From an uncultured virus (IMG/VR IMGVR_UViG_3300029787_004165) (Duplodnaviria > Heunggongvirae > Uroviricota > Caudoviricetes), in IMG/VR virus record IMGVR_UViG_3300029787_004165: DNA of 64,000 bases; one strand, 5' to 3'. The notes under the pieces were generated by a model. It ran no database searches, was not told where the DNA came from, and saw only the letters and a list, made by a program, of their open reading frames with translations. The translations under genes were made by a program, and so were the position numbers. This document shows, piece after piece, positions 55,614-64,000 of the stretch. Numbering within the stretch: the stretch's first letter is position 1; the number at the start of each line of letters is the position of its first letter.

Positions 55614-58600
55614 TCATGATGGTTCTATGGCTCCTGTATCTCTTAAACCCTGAACTCTTCTTTGTATGGTTGGGAATGTAGTTAAACCAGAAGTAATTGT
55701 AAATCCTGTAACTCCAATTGATATAGGATTTGATCCTCTTGTAATAGATCCTGTACTAAACAATCTTCCCCAAGAAACTTTACCAACTGGAGTGCTTCCA
55801 GTGGTTCCTAAACCAACAACAGGAGAATCAGAATGAATATTACAAGTAATTATTCCAACATTTTGATTCCATGCACTGACATTGTAAACATTATCTAAAA
55901 ATGTAGTTCCTATACCAACAATTTTATCATTTGCATCGTATATAGAGGTTGCACCAGAACCAATTGTAGTGCTGTGAATATTAATTGGATATCCTGCAAC
56001 TAAATTTTCATATGTTCCACCATCTTTTAAAATAAACTCAAGAGCAAGTGGAACCCCGATACCAGTAACCGTTCCAATACCTGTGATAATACCAGAGAAC
56101 CCATGAATTCTATCAATATTTAAAACTTTTTCTGATTTAAATGTTGGGAATGGTGCTAATACTTTAGGTGGAATATTTTGATTATATCCTAATCCAGGAT
56201 TAGTAATAGACACACTAGATATTTCTCCGTTAGATGAAATTGTAGCAGTTGCTGTGGCGGTTGTACCAACACCAACTTCTATCCCAGTTGTTGGAATACC
56301 AATTGATATTGGAATAGTTCCTGGAGTATATCCAGTACCACCAGAACCAATAACAATACTTGATATTGTTCCACCAGTAGAAACGATAGCGGTTAATGCT
56401 GCAGAAACAGGACTTACACTATTGTCAATAATAATTCCACCAATAGGTTTACTGCTGATTTCATTTTCATTATCAAATAAATCAACATCATCAACAAATA
56501 TACTTGTAAGTGCACTAGAAGAAATATCTCCAATTATTTTTGCTGTTGGGAATATTAATGGTTCCAACATTGGTCTGGATTTATATACTAATTCACCATT
56601 AATAATCTTATCAGATTTTTGTTTTGTCCATTTTAGAGATTTAGTATTATCATTAATACCTACACCATCATATAAAACAGTTTCTACATCACCAGAAGTA
56701 AGTGTAGCAATACCAAGCATAGTCCTATTATCTTGATTAACATCATTTGAGTCAATACTTAATAATTGAAGATCGTCTCCAGATTTTAATGTTGGTTTAA
56801 TAGTATCAACTAATAGAGTATCTTCTCCAGAAGTTCCTCTATAGAAGAATATTGCAACATCATCCTCTTCTTTAGGTGGTTCTGTAAATACAAAAGATGT
56901 TCCACCTTCAAATTGATATGCAGAACCTGGTTCTTGAACTACACCATTAATTATAATTAATAAAGAATTTGAAAGATTTACATTAAATTCACCACCATCT
57001 TCAATTTCAAAATTTAAATATTCATCATCATACTTGATTTCAAATCTTGTTCTAACTCCATCTTGTTGATCCTTAATAGAATCAATGTAATCAAATTGAC
57101 CAAATTGCCATGCTGAAAATGGATCATTATAAGCTTCTGATACTGTCAATTCAAATTGTTTTATTGGTGATGATAAACTAGCATCCGTAACTAGACCAAC
57201 AGGAGTGAATACATCACCTTTTCTAAATCCATAACCATTACGGGCAATTTTCCAATTAGTAACAGAGAATTGTGTAGATCCAATACCAACTGTAGAACTT
57301 GCACCTATGTTGATATCAAGTAATAGTCCACTTCCAGTATTTGTAGTCGATCCATCAGCTAATCTAGATACTCCTGTAACTTCTAAATTTTTATATGATG
57401 CTTCAGGAATTATTAATTGAGGATTTTTATAATTTGTACCTGCTGCACCAATACTAAATGATAATGTTCCACCTAATCCAACTGTGGTATTAACGATAGC
57501 ACCTCTACCAATTGCAGAACCAACATTTACAGTGAATGTATTTGTATCATAGGCAGTAATTGCAGTAAGAATGCCAGATACTGGATCTGTTGCTCTTGGA
57601 TAAAGATGCTCTGTTTTATAATTATCTTTGGAGCATGAGAATATTAATGATTCTGTTTTAATTCCAACAGTATTAGAATCTGTAAGACCATGTGAAGGAA
57701 TTGTTAATATTAAATTACCACTAACAGAATCATAATCAGCTCCCGTTGCTGTTTTTGCCACTCCAGACCATGAATTTACAAAAACACTAGTTCCAATTGT
57801 ACCTACAAATTTGTGATTAAATGCAGTATCTGTTACTGCAACAGAAACTGGAGAACGATAACCAGATCCAATCTTAACATCTCCATAGTATGGGAATACT
57901 GTTCCTTGACCCACATAATTGTGTGGAATAGTGCATATACCAACATTAGTTTTAAATCTATAAGTAGGAGAAGGGCCAACATTAATTGTAAAACTTGTAG
58001 TAGTTGGAACATCAAGTACAGGAACTGAAATACCAGAAATAGGATCTGTAGGTCTTGGATATGGATGAGTTGTAGCATGATTATCAGCATCACATGTAAA
58101 TGTAATTCCGTAATTAGCAACTGTTACAGCATCACCAATTGACAAATTATGAGCAGAACTAAATGATAACTCTAAAAGACCGCTTGTAGGTTTATATAAC
58201 GCTCCTGTAGGGGTTAATGAACCGTTAACAGCATTATCAGTTGCAGTTACAAATCTATGTTCAAAATCGCCAGGTATAGTTTGAAGAATTGTATATGCAG
58301 TAGTACCAAGACCAGTAACTGGATCAATAACATCTGGGAATATTGTTGTGGTTACACCAGCATGTTCTTGTGTACAAGAAAATTCCAATCCAACTAACTT
58401 AACTTGATTTACAATTCCTAATTCAAAATTATGATCATTTTTAGTTGTAATAACTATATCTCCAGTTAAATTATCATATCTTGCAGTGGTAATATTATTA
58501 CTTGGTCCAGTTGTAGCTGCAGAAACAACTCTTGAAATACCACCAGTAGCATCAATTTCAGTAATAGCCTCTGCTCCCTCTAAAGGTGCATATCCTAATC

Positions 58601-61600
58601 CTGGAGTAGATCCAAGAGAAATAATTACACCACCTCTTGGTAATTGGTTTTGATTTACATCATTTTCACTAATAAAAATATCACCAGTATCAGATCTGAT
58701 ACCCGTAAATGAAATACTACTTACACCTGCAACAGAATCATCAATCATTTGATAATTATTAGAAGGATTATTAACTGCAGTTGGACGTTGGAAAATACTG
58801 TTTATCAATACTAATCCATTACCACCAGTTTCTCCTATACCAGAAGTATTTGATCCACCAATAGTTAAATTAAATGTTTGACCAATACCAGTAAATTGTT
58901 CAGAAATATCATCATATATTTGATTAGTTGTATAATTTTGTCTAAAATATGTTCTGCCATTAAAATCTGATCTAGCAAAATCTAAATTATTTTCATTTTT
59001 TAATCTTGCTAAATTTCCTCTAGGAGCATCAACAAAATGAATTTTACTACCAACAATATTAAATGAACCTCTATAAATTTCAACGTTAGTGTTATTTGTA
59101 TGATTTGTTGCAGAAGTTCCGACAAAACCACGTTCTACATCAACTAGTGATGTTAAACCAATTCCTGGAGTAATTGGCCCAACAGTGGTAGTACCAACAC
59201 CCACACTAACAACATTCATATATTCATTATCAATTTTTAAAATATCTCTAACTCTAACAGATGATATTCCACTCAAGGCAAATGTTGTTCTTGAAGTACT
59301 AATACCAAGGAAGGAATTATTATCATCAAAATTATCTTTTAAAGTATGAGTGAGTAAAGCAAAAGATAAAGGTGATTGAATTATATTGTTAATATTAATA
59401 ATATTTTTAGTATTACTTTTAGCCATTGCAAATTCATGTCCATTTCCTGTTCCAACACCAACAAAAGTAACAGCACCACCACCACTAGTGGTTGAAATTT
59501 GGAATGAATCTTTATTAGTTCTTATTGCAAAAACATTTGATGGTAAAATATCAATTCCACCTGTAACACCTTGATATTGCATTGGTGTAGAACCCACACC
59601 AACAAAAGTAGATTTCGGTGTATAAATTAATTCTTCATTTGTTCTAAAAAAATGATCTTCAATATTAAAGGTATTACCATTAGTACTGATAATATCTGTA
59701 TTAGCAGGATCAAAGGTTTTTGCAAATAATGGAATATCATTTGAAGTTAAAGTAAAACTGGTTCTATTAATACGAGATCCATTAGGTGCATTATAAAAAT
59801 AATTATCAATAGATTCTTTAGTTTTACCATATATAAAATCATTCGGTTTATTATCAACATCTAATTTTTTATAAACACATAAATTTAAAGTTGATACTTG
59901 AATATAATCTGAATTAAAAATTGGATCTGGATAGAATTTTAATAAGAAATCATTGGAAGCAAAATTAACTCCAAAAGTACCTATTCCAAGAATATTATCA
60001 TATTCTTCTATAGATGAATTTGGTATGGTTCCATTAACAGAAAGAAATGGTAATGAGTTTACATAAACATTATCTCCATTATGTACTGTCAATACTTGAT
60101 GTAGTGCTTTAGTAGATCCAATACTGACCTCAATAATTGATTTGACTGCATTAAATAAATTTTTATCTAATGTGAATACTGTAGATATACCAATTGATTT
60201 AGAGTAATTAGATTGATAAATTGCAGTTCTTTCCGTTCCATCAGGTTGATTATCTTTATTAAATCTATATGTTGCAGTTCCAACAGATGTTGTACCAAAT
60301 CCAACTACATTCGATTTAATATCTATTTGATCTGTTGTATCATTGTGGTAATTTAATACAAAATCACTTCCACTAATATTTGCTTTAAAAGAACCTATTC
60401 CAGTAGATGAATATCCATTGTAATTAGAATTGTCAATAAAATATTCAGAAACATATGTATTAGTTCCATCATGAGTGGCATAAACTTCAACAAAATTAAC
60501 TTCATTCTTTGTTTTATTGATTAATTCATTTCTTGTATGGAAAGAAGTGAATTTATCAGATTTTGCAGTTATAATACCAGTGATAGCTGGTGTTCCATCA
60601 TTATTAGATGTGCCGATACCTGATATTCCACTCAAATTAATAAATCCTACAGGAAAAGTTCCAATACCAGAACCACTTAAAAATTCACTAGTAATAACTT
60701 TTATATCATAATCAGTATTGGATGTATCTGTTAAAGGTACAAATCTAACAGATTGTTCTCCTGTAAATATATTCTCAATTAAATCAAAAGATCCTAATAA
60801 ATCTTCACTACCATAAGATGTCGTAATTCCAGAAACAAGTTGACCTCTTTCTAAAAGATATTGATTATTATTATTAGATAATAATACCAAATCAGATAAT
60901 TGTACTTTAGTATTTTGTAAATTACTAACTCTAAGTAATAAATTTTTGTAACTAATTACATTATTATTAAAAACATCTAAATATTCATTCGTATCTTCAG
61001 TTAAATTATTAAATTGTGTATTAATATTATCAATAACAAAAACTTCATTACTTTTTGAAAGATTGTAATTTGATAATTTTTTATTTTGTAATGTTATGAA
61101 TTTAGAAATATCATTTTCATTTAAACTATTTGCAAGATCAAAATTATAAATTGAATCTATTCTGTTATCACCAATATAATCTTTGATAACAATACTAAAA
61201 TCAGTGCCTGCAATTCCTACAGTAGTAGATGAAGAAATTCCAGTATCAGCAAAATTTTTAAGACCACTTGTATGAAGTAAACTATTTACTGCATTTCTCA
61301 ATTTGTCATAAGTAAGAGAACTTTGTATTGAATATGATAAATTTTGATAATAATCATTATTTGGAATTACTTGTGTATCATCATTTAATTTTCCAATATT
61401 ATCAGACCATCCTATATCTTTTTTAGCTGAATAATCTACAATATATCTTCCATTATTATTACTAATACTATCGATTGTAGCTATTACACCAGATTCTTTT
61501 CCAGTAATAATATCACCAATAGATAATTCATAATTTCCAGTTATTTTTATAAAATCACTTTCACTACTTGTAATAAATAAATCTTTTTGTTCATTACCTA

Positions 61601-64000
61601 TAATTAATTGTTCACCTATAATAAATTTGGATGATTCTAATAATGTTGTAAAAATTGGATATTTATTTTTATTTACTATAGACGCTAATGAATTTTGATT
61701 TGTGATAGCTATACCAGTATTTGTTGATAATCCTTCTAAGTTGATAGTAACTTTAAAATTTATTCCTGTATCATCAAAACTTGAAACTTTGAAAAATTTA
61801 AAACCATAATCTTCGGAATTAAATCCAGATCCATCTGTGCTGTATTTTTTAATACCTTCAATAAAGACTTCATCACCTACTAAAAATGGTGCAGCTGTAA
61901 ATCCTAAAGATGGTGTTTCTATAGAACATGTGAATATTCCTGTTGAATTGGAAATTATAGTTTTAATACCAACGCCATTACTATTATTGGTGGTGAATAT
62001 ATCTATTGGATTATCAGATAATCCAAAGGGTTTAATTGTAATGTCAATATTTTTTATGGAACTACCAACTAAATTTGTATTAAAAACTCCTTTATTAATT
62101 TTTTCTCTAGTTATCGAATCTACAAGATTTATATTTGGAGATGATAAATATCCACTTCCAGGTTCACTAACAGTAACAACACCTATGGTGTTTGAATTGT
62201 TAATTGTAATAAATGGTGATATGAATGCATTAGGTTTTAATGTATTATCAGATGAGTATTCAAATCCCTCATTAATAATTCTAATTTGATTTGCATTTCC
62301 AATAGATTTTGATTTAGCAATAACTTGTCCACCTTTACCTTCTGTTGAAGAAGTTCCAACAAAATTAGGTAATTTTTTATAACCAGATCCACCATAATCA
62401 ATACCAACTTTATCAATTCCACCACTTGCTGTTAACGAACTTGTAGAATAGATAAGAGAATCACATTCAGATTGGTTATATGAGATTTTTTCAGGAAATA
62501 ATTTTAGTGAAATATCAAAAGTAGTATTTCCAATGCCAATTATACTATAATCATTATTATATGAACTCTCAATAAATTCTATTTCAGAATAATATTGAAC
62601 ATCTTTATCAGCAGTACTAATAAATCCAGATTTTTCAAACGTGTAATATAATTTTTCTGGTAATAAATTATTATTATTAATTTTAATTGATGCATCCGCA
62701 CTAATACCAGGTGTTCCAACACTTATTATATTAAATGTTGTTGATGATGTAGAAACAAATTCATTATTAAAATCTTTATCATAATAAAGTTTAAATTTAT
62801 AACCCTGTAAAGATGAGTGTGATAAATCAAAAACCAAATTATTATTATCAACTACATCAATTTGTGGATTAATTGAAAATATAGTTTGCGATTCTCCCCC
62901 AGTGCTTGCAATACTTATAGTAATGGGTGGATTAGAAATAGCATCATTACGTGTATTACATAATTTAAAATTATCTTTATCAACTTTATAAACAAAATAA
63001 TCATTTACTGATAAACCTTCAGGAGCTGTATCCGTGGTTGTATATGAAATTTTATCACCAGTTATAAATCCATGCGAGGAAATATTAATTTGATTTGTAG
63101 TTGTGTTAATTCCAGTTGAGTTAAACCCTATATGATTAACTAAAGAATATCCTGTATTTTCATCTAATTGAATTTTAACTGAAGAACTTGTTCCTATTCC
63201 AACAGATAAATTTGGATTTACAGATAAACTTATATTATCACCTATTTTTAAATTATGTGAAGTTGAAACAGAAACTTTTGCAACATTTTTTTCTACATCT
63301 ACAAGTATTTGTTCATAATTACTTGTAAATTTATATGTATCTACATCCGCACCACCACTGACAAAATATACATTAGAGTATCCAATACCAACTCCTGTTT
63401 TTATTCCAATAGTATTTTTACTTGTATTAGAAACAAATAACGTAGATGGTAAACTAGCGTTACTATTAGCACTATTTGATGGGTCAACATTATATGTAAT
63501 ATTTGAAGTAACATTTGATAATGTTATTTGTTGATTATCAACAAACGGATGATTTTCAATATAAATTCTTTGTGTGGGAATATCTCTTGTTATTGTAGAA
63601 ACACCAAAATCAAAGGTTACTGATGATGAAATTCCAGATAAAGTTCCAAATCCTATAGATTCTTTTGGATTAAAATAAACTATATCATTTATTCTAGATT
63701 CAAAATAATCTACAGATTTATTAATTGTAAAAGTATCTGGTAAAAATGACACTGTAAAGGGAACTGTATGTGCAAGGCCTGTAGTTCCTCTTTCTACTCT
63801 TAAAATATTAGCATTTTTGTAAATGTCCAATATTTGTAAAGTTTCTGTTCCGATTCCAATACTATTTCCTACTGAAACTGATTCTGGAATTGAAGACACA
63901 TATATTTCAGTGGTAAACCCAACAGTTGATGATGGTAGTATCGTAGAAATTCCAGATGCTTTAAAAGAAGTAACACCGACGGTATGATTACCATTTAACT
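55614..64000 (-). CDS. gp7: Giant baseplate wedge initiator (cyanophage gp7-like), 5'-truncated by the window
   Basis: Frame checked open from 63899 to the window end; DNDYYQ-like NNDYYQNLSYSI..LLHTSGLKNF motif; immediately upstream of gp8. Confidence 0.8.
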   Translation of the reverse strand, partial: LNGNHTVGVTSFKASGISTILPSSTVGFTTEIYVSSIPESVSVGNSIGIGTETLQILDIYKNANILRVERGTTGLAHTVPFTVSFLPDTFTINKSVDYFESRINDIVYFNPKESIGFGTLSGISSSVTFDFGVSTITRDIPTQRIYIENHPFVDNQQITLSNVTSNITYNVDPSNSANSNASLPSTLFVSNTSKNTIGIKTGVGIGYSNVYFVSGGADVDTYKFTSNYEQILVDVEKNVAKVSVSTSHNLKIGDNISLSVNPNLSVGIGTSSSVKIQLDENTGYSLVNHIGFNSTGINTTTNQINISSHGFITGDKISYTTTDTAPEGLSVNDYFVYKVDKDNFKLCNTRNDAISNPPITISIASTGGESQTIFSINPQIDVVDNNNLVFDLSHSSLQGYKFKLYYDKDFNNEFVSTSSTTFNIISVGTPGISADASIKINNNNLLPEKLYYTFEKSGFISTADKDVQYYSEIEFIESSYNNDYSIIGIGNTTFDISLKLFPEKISYNQSECDSLIYSTSSLTASGGIDKVGIDYGGSGYKKLPNFVGTSSTEGKGGQVIAKSKSIGNANQIRIINEGFEYSSDNTLKPNAFISPFITINNSNTIGVVTVSEPGSGYLSSPNINLVDSITREKINKGVFNTNLVGSSIKNIDITIKPFGLSDNPIDIFTTNNSNGVGIKTIISNSTGIFTCSIETPSLGFTAAPFLVGDEVFIEGIKKYSTDGSGFNSEDYGFKFFKVSSFDDTGINFKVTINLEGLSTNTGIAITNQNSLASIVNKNKYPIFTTLLESSKFIIGEQLIIGNEQKDLFITSSESDFIKITGNYELSIGDIITGKESGVIATIDSISNNNGRYIVDYSAKKDIGWSDNIGKLNDDTQVIPNNDYYQNLSYSIQSSLTYDKLRNAVNSLLHTSGLKNFADTGISSSTTVGIAGTDFSIVIKDYIGDNRIDSIYNFDLANSLNENDISKFITLQNKKLSNYNLSKSNEVFVIDNINTQFNNLTEDTNEYLDVFNNNVISYKNLLLRVSNLQNTKVQLSDLVLLSNNNNQYLLERGQLVSGITTSYGSEDLLGSFDLIENIFTGEQSVRFVPLTDTSNTDYDIKVITSEFLSGSGIGTFPVGFINLSGISGIGTSNNDGTPAITGIITAKSDKFTSFHTRNELINKTKNEVNFVEVYATHDGTNTYVSEYFIDNSNYNGYSSTGIGSFKANISGSDFVLNYHNDTTDQIDIKSNVVGFGTTSVGTATYRFNKDNQPDGTERTAIYQSNYSKSIGISTVFTLDKNLFNAVKSIIEVSIGSTKALHQVLTVHNGDNVYVNSLPFLSVNGTIPNSSIEEYDNILGIGTFGVNFASNDFLLKFYPDPIFNSDYIQVSTLNLCVYKKLDVDNKPNDFIYGKTKESIDNYFYNAPNGSRINRTSFTLTSNDIPLFAKTFDPANTDIISTNGNTFNIEDHFFRTNEELIYTPKSTFVGVGSTPMQYQGVTGGIDILPSNVFAIRTNKDSFQISTTSGGGAVTFVGVGTGNGHEFAMAKSNTKNIININNIIQSPLSFALLTHTLKDNFDDNNSFLGISTSRTTFALSGISSVRVRDILKIDNEYMNVVSVGVGTTTVGPITPGIGLTSLVDVERGFVGTSATNHTNNTNVEIYRGSFNIVGSKIHFVDAPRGNLARLKNENNLDFARSDFNGRTYFRQNYTTNQIYDDISEQFTGIGQTFNLTIGGSNTSGIGETGGNGLVLINSIFQRPTAVNNPSNNYQMIDDSVAGVSSISFTGIRSDTGDIFISENDVNQNQLPRGGVIISLGSTPGLGYAPLEGAEAITEIDATGGISRVVSAATTGPSNNITTARYDNLTGDIVITTKNDHNFELGIVNQVKLVGLEFSCTQEHAGVTTTIFPDVIDPVTGLGTTAYTILQTIPGDFEHRFVTATDNAVNGSLTPTGALYKPTSGLLELSFSSAHNLSIGDAVTVANYGITFTCDADNHATTHPYPRPTDPISGISVPVLDVPTTTSFTINVGPSPTYRFKTNVGICTIPHNYVGQGTVFPYYGDVKIGSGYRSPVSVAVTDTAFNHKFVGTIGTSVFVNSWSGVAKTATGADYDSVSGNLILTIPSHGLTDSNTVGIKTESLIFSCSKDNYKTEHLYPRATDPVSGILTAITAYDTNTFTVNVGSAIGRGAIVNTTVGLGGTLSFSIGAAGTNYKNPQLIIPEASYKNLEVTGVSRLADGSTTNTGSGLLLDINIGASSTVGIGSTQFSVTNWKIARNGYGFRKGDVFTPVGLVTDASLSSPIKQFELTVSEAYNDPFSAWQFGQFDYIDSIKDQQDGVRTRFEIKYDDEYLNFEIEDGGEFNVNLSNSLLIIINGVVQEPGSAYQFEGGTSFVFTEPPKEEDDVAIFFYRGTSGEDTLLVDTIKPTLKSGDDLQLLSIDSNDVNQDNRTMLGIATLTSGDVETVLYDGVGINDNTKSLKWTKQKSDKIINGELVYKSRPMLEPLIFPTAKIIGDISSSALTSIFVDDVDLFDNENEISSKPIGGIIIDNSVSPVSAALTAIVSTGGTISSIVIGSGGTGYTPGTIPISIGIPTTGIEVGVGTTATATATISSNGEISSVSITNPGLGYNQNIPPKVLAPFPTFKSEKVLNIDRIHGFSGIITGIGTVTGIGVPLALEFILKDGGTYENLVAGYPINIHSTTIGSGATSIYDANDKIVGIGTTFLDNVYNVSAWNQNVGIITCNIHSDSPVVGLGTTGSTPVGKVSWGRLFSTGSITRGSNPISIGVTGFTITSGLTTFPTIQRRVQGLRDTGAIEPS

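Noticed and set aside
3386..62289. All plus-strand ORFs in the track (e.g. 25436-25777, 40877-41266, 56254-56736, 61837-62289)
   Set aside because: They lie antisense to clear minus-strand genes and have shadow-frame composition (Pro/Val/Ile-rich mirrors of Gly/Thr codons) with no recognisable motifs
1..64000. tRNA or rRNA genes
   Set aside because: Intergenic gaps are nearly all too short, and no cloverleaf or T-loop pattern was seen by eye; tRNAscan-SE would confirm

Overview
AT-rich segment of a T4-like marine cyanomyophage genome. The AT richness and host-derived genes suggest a Prochlorococcus-type phage; the host is inferred. Essentially all real genes are on the minus strand. In transcription order (high to low coordinates): gp7 (truncated), gp8, a VrlC/DUF4815-type giant structural protein, gp13, gp14, gp15, gp16, then a ~12.6-kb adhesin island. 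The island holds a fibre with an S74 chaperone, six tandem translationally coupled LamG/ConA-like paralogues, a second fibre and an apparently circularly permuted MAM-domain protein. Next come gp17, gp18, gp19, gp20, a seventh LamG protein fused to a head-operon domain, gp21, gp22, gp23, small candidate internal head proteins, gp3, uvsY, uvsW, gp55, gp47 and gp46. The left part has a vWA/HExxH protein and a MoxR ('CobS') ATPase that share an identically spaced upstream element, then gp45, gp44, an orphan DruA/DUF4338-like gene and gcvP (truncated). Host-derived genes recognised: gcvP, ndhS, psbN-like, DUF3110-like. No tRNA, CRISPR, integrase, reverse transcriptase or transposase was seen. Family calls come from motif recognition by eye, not database searches.
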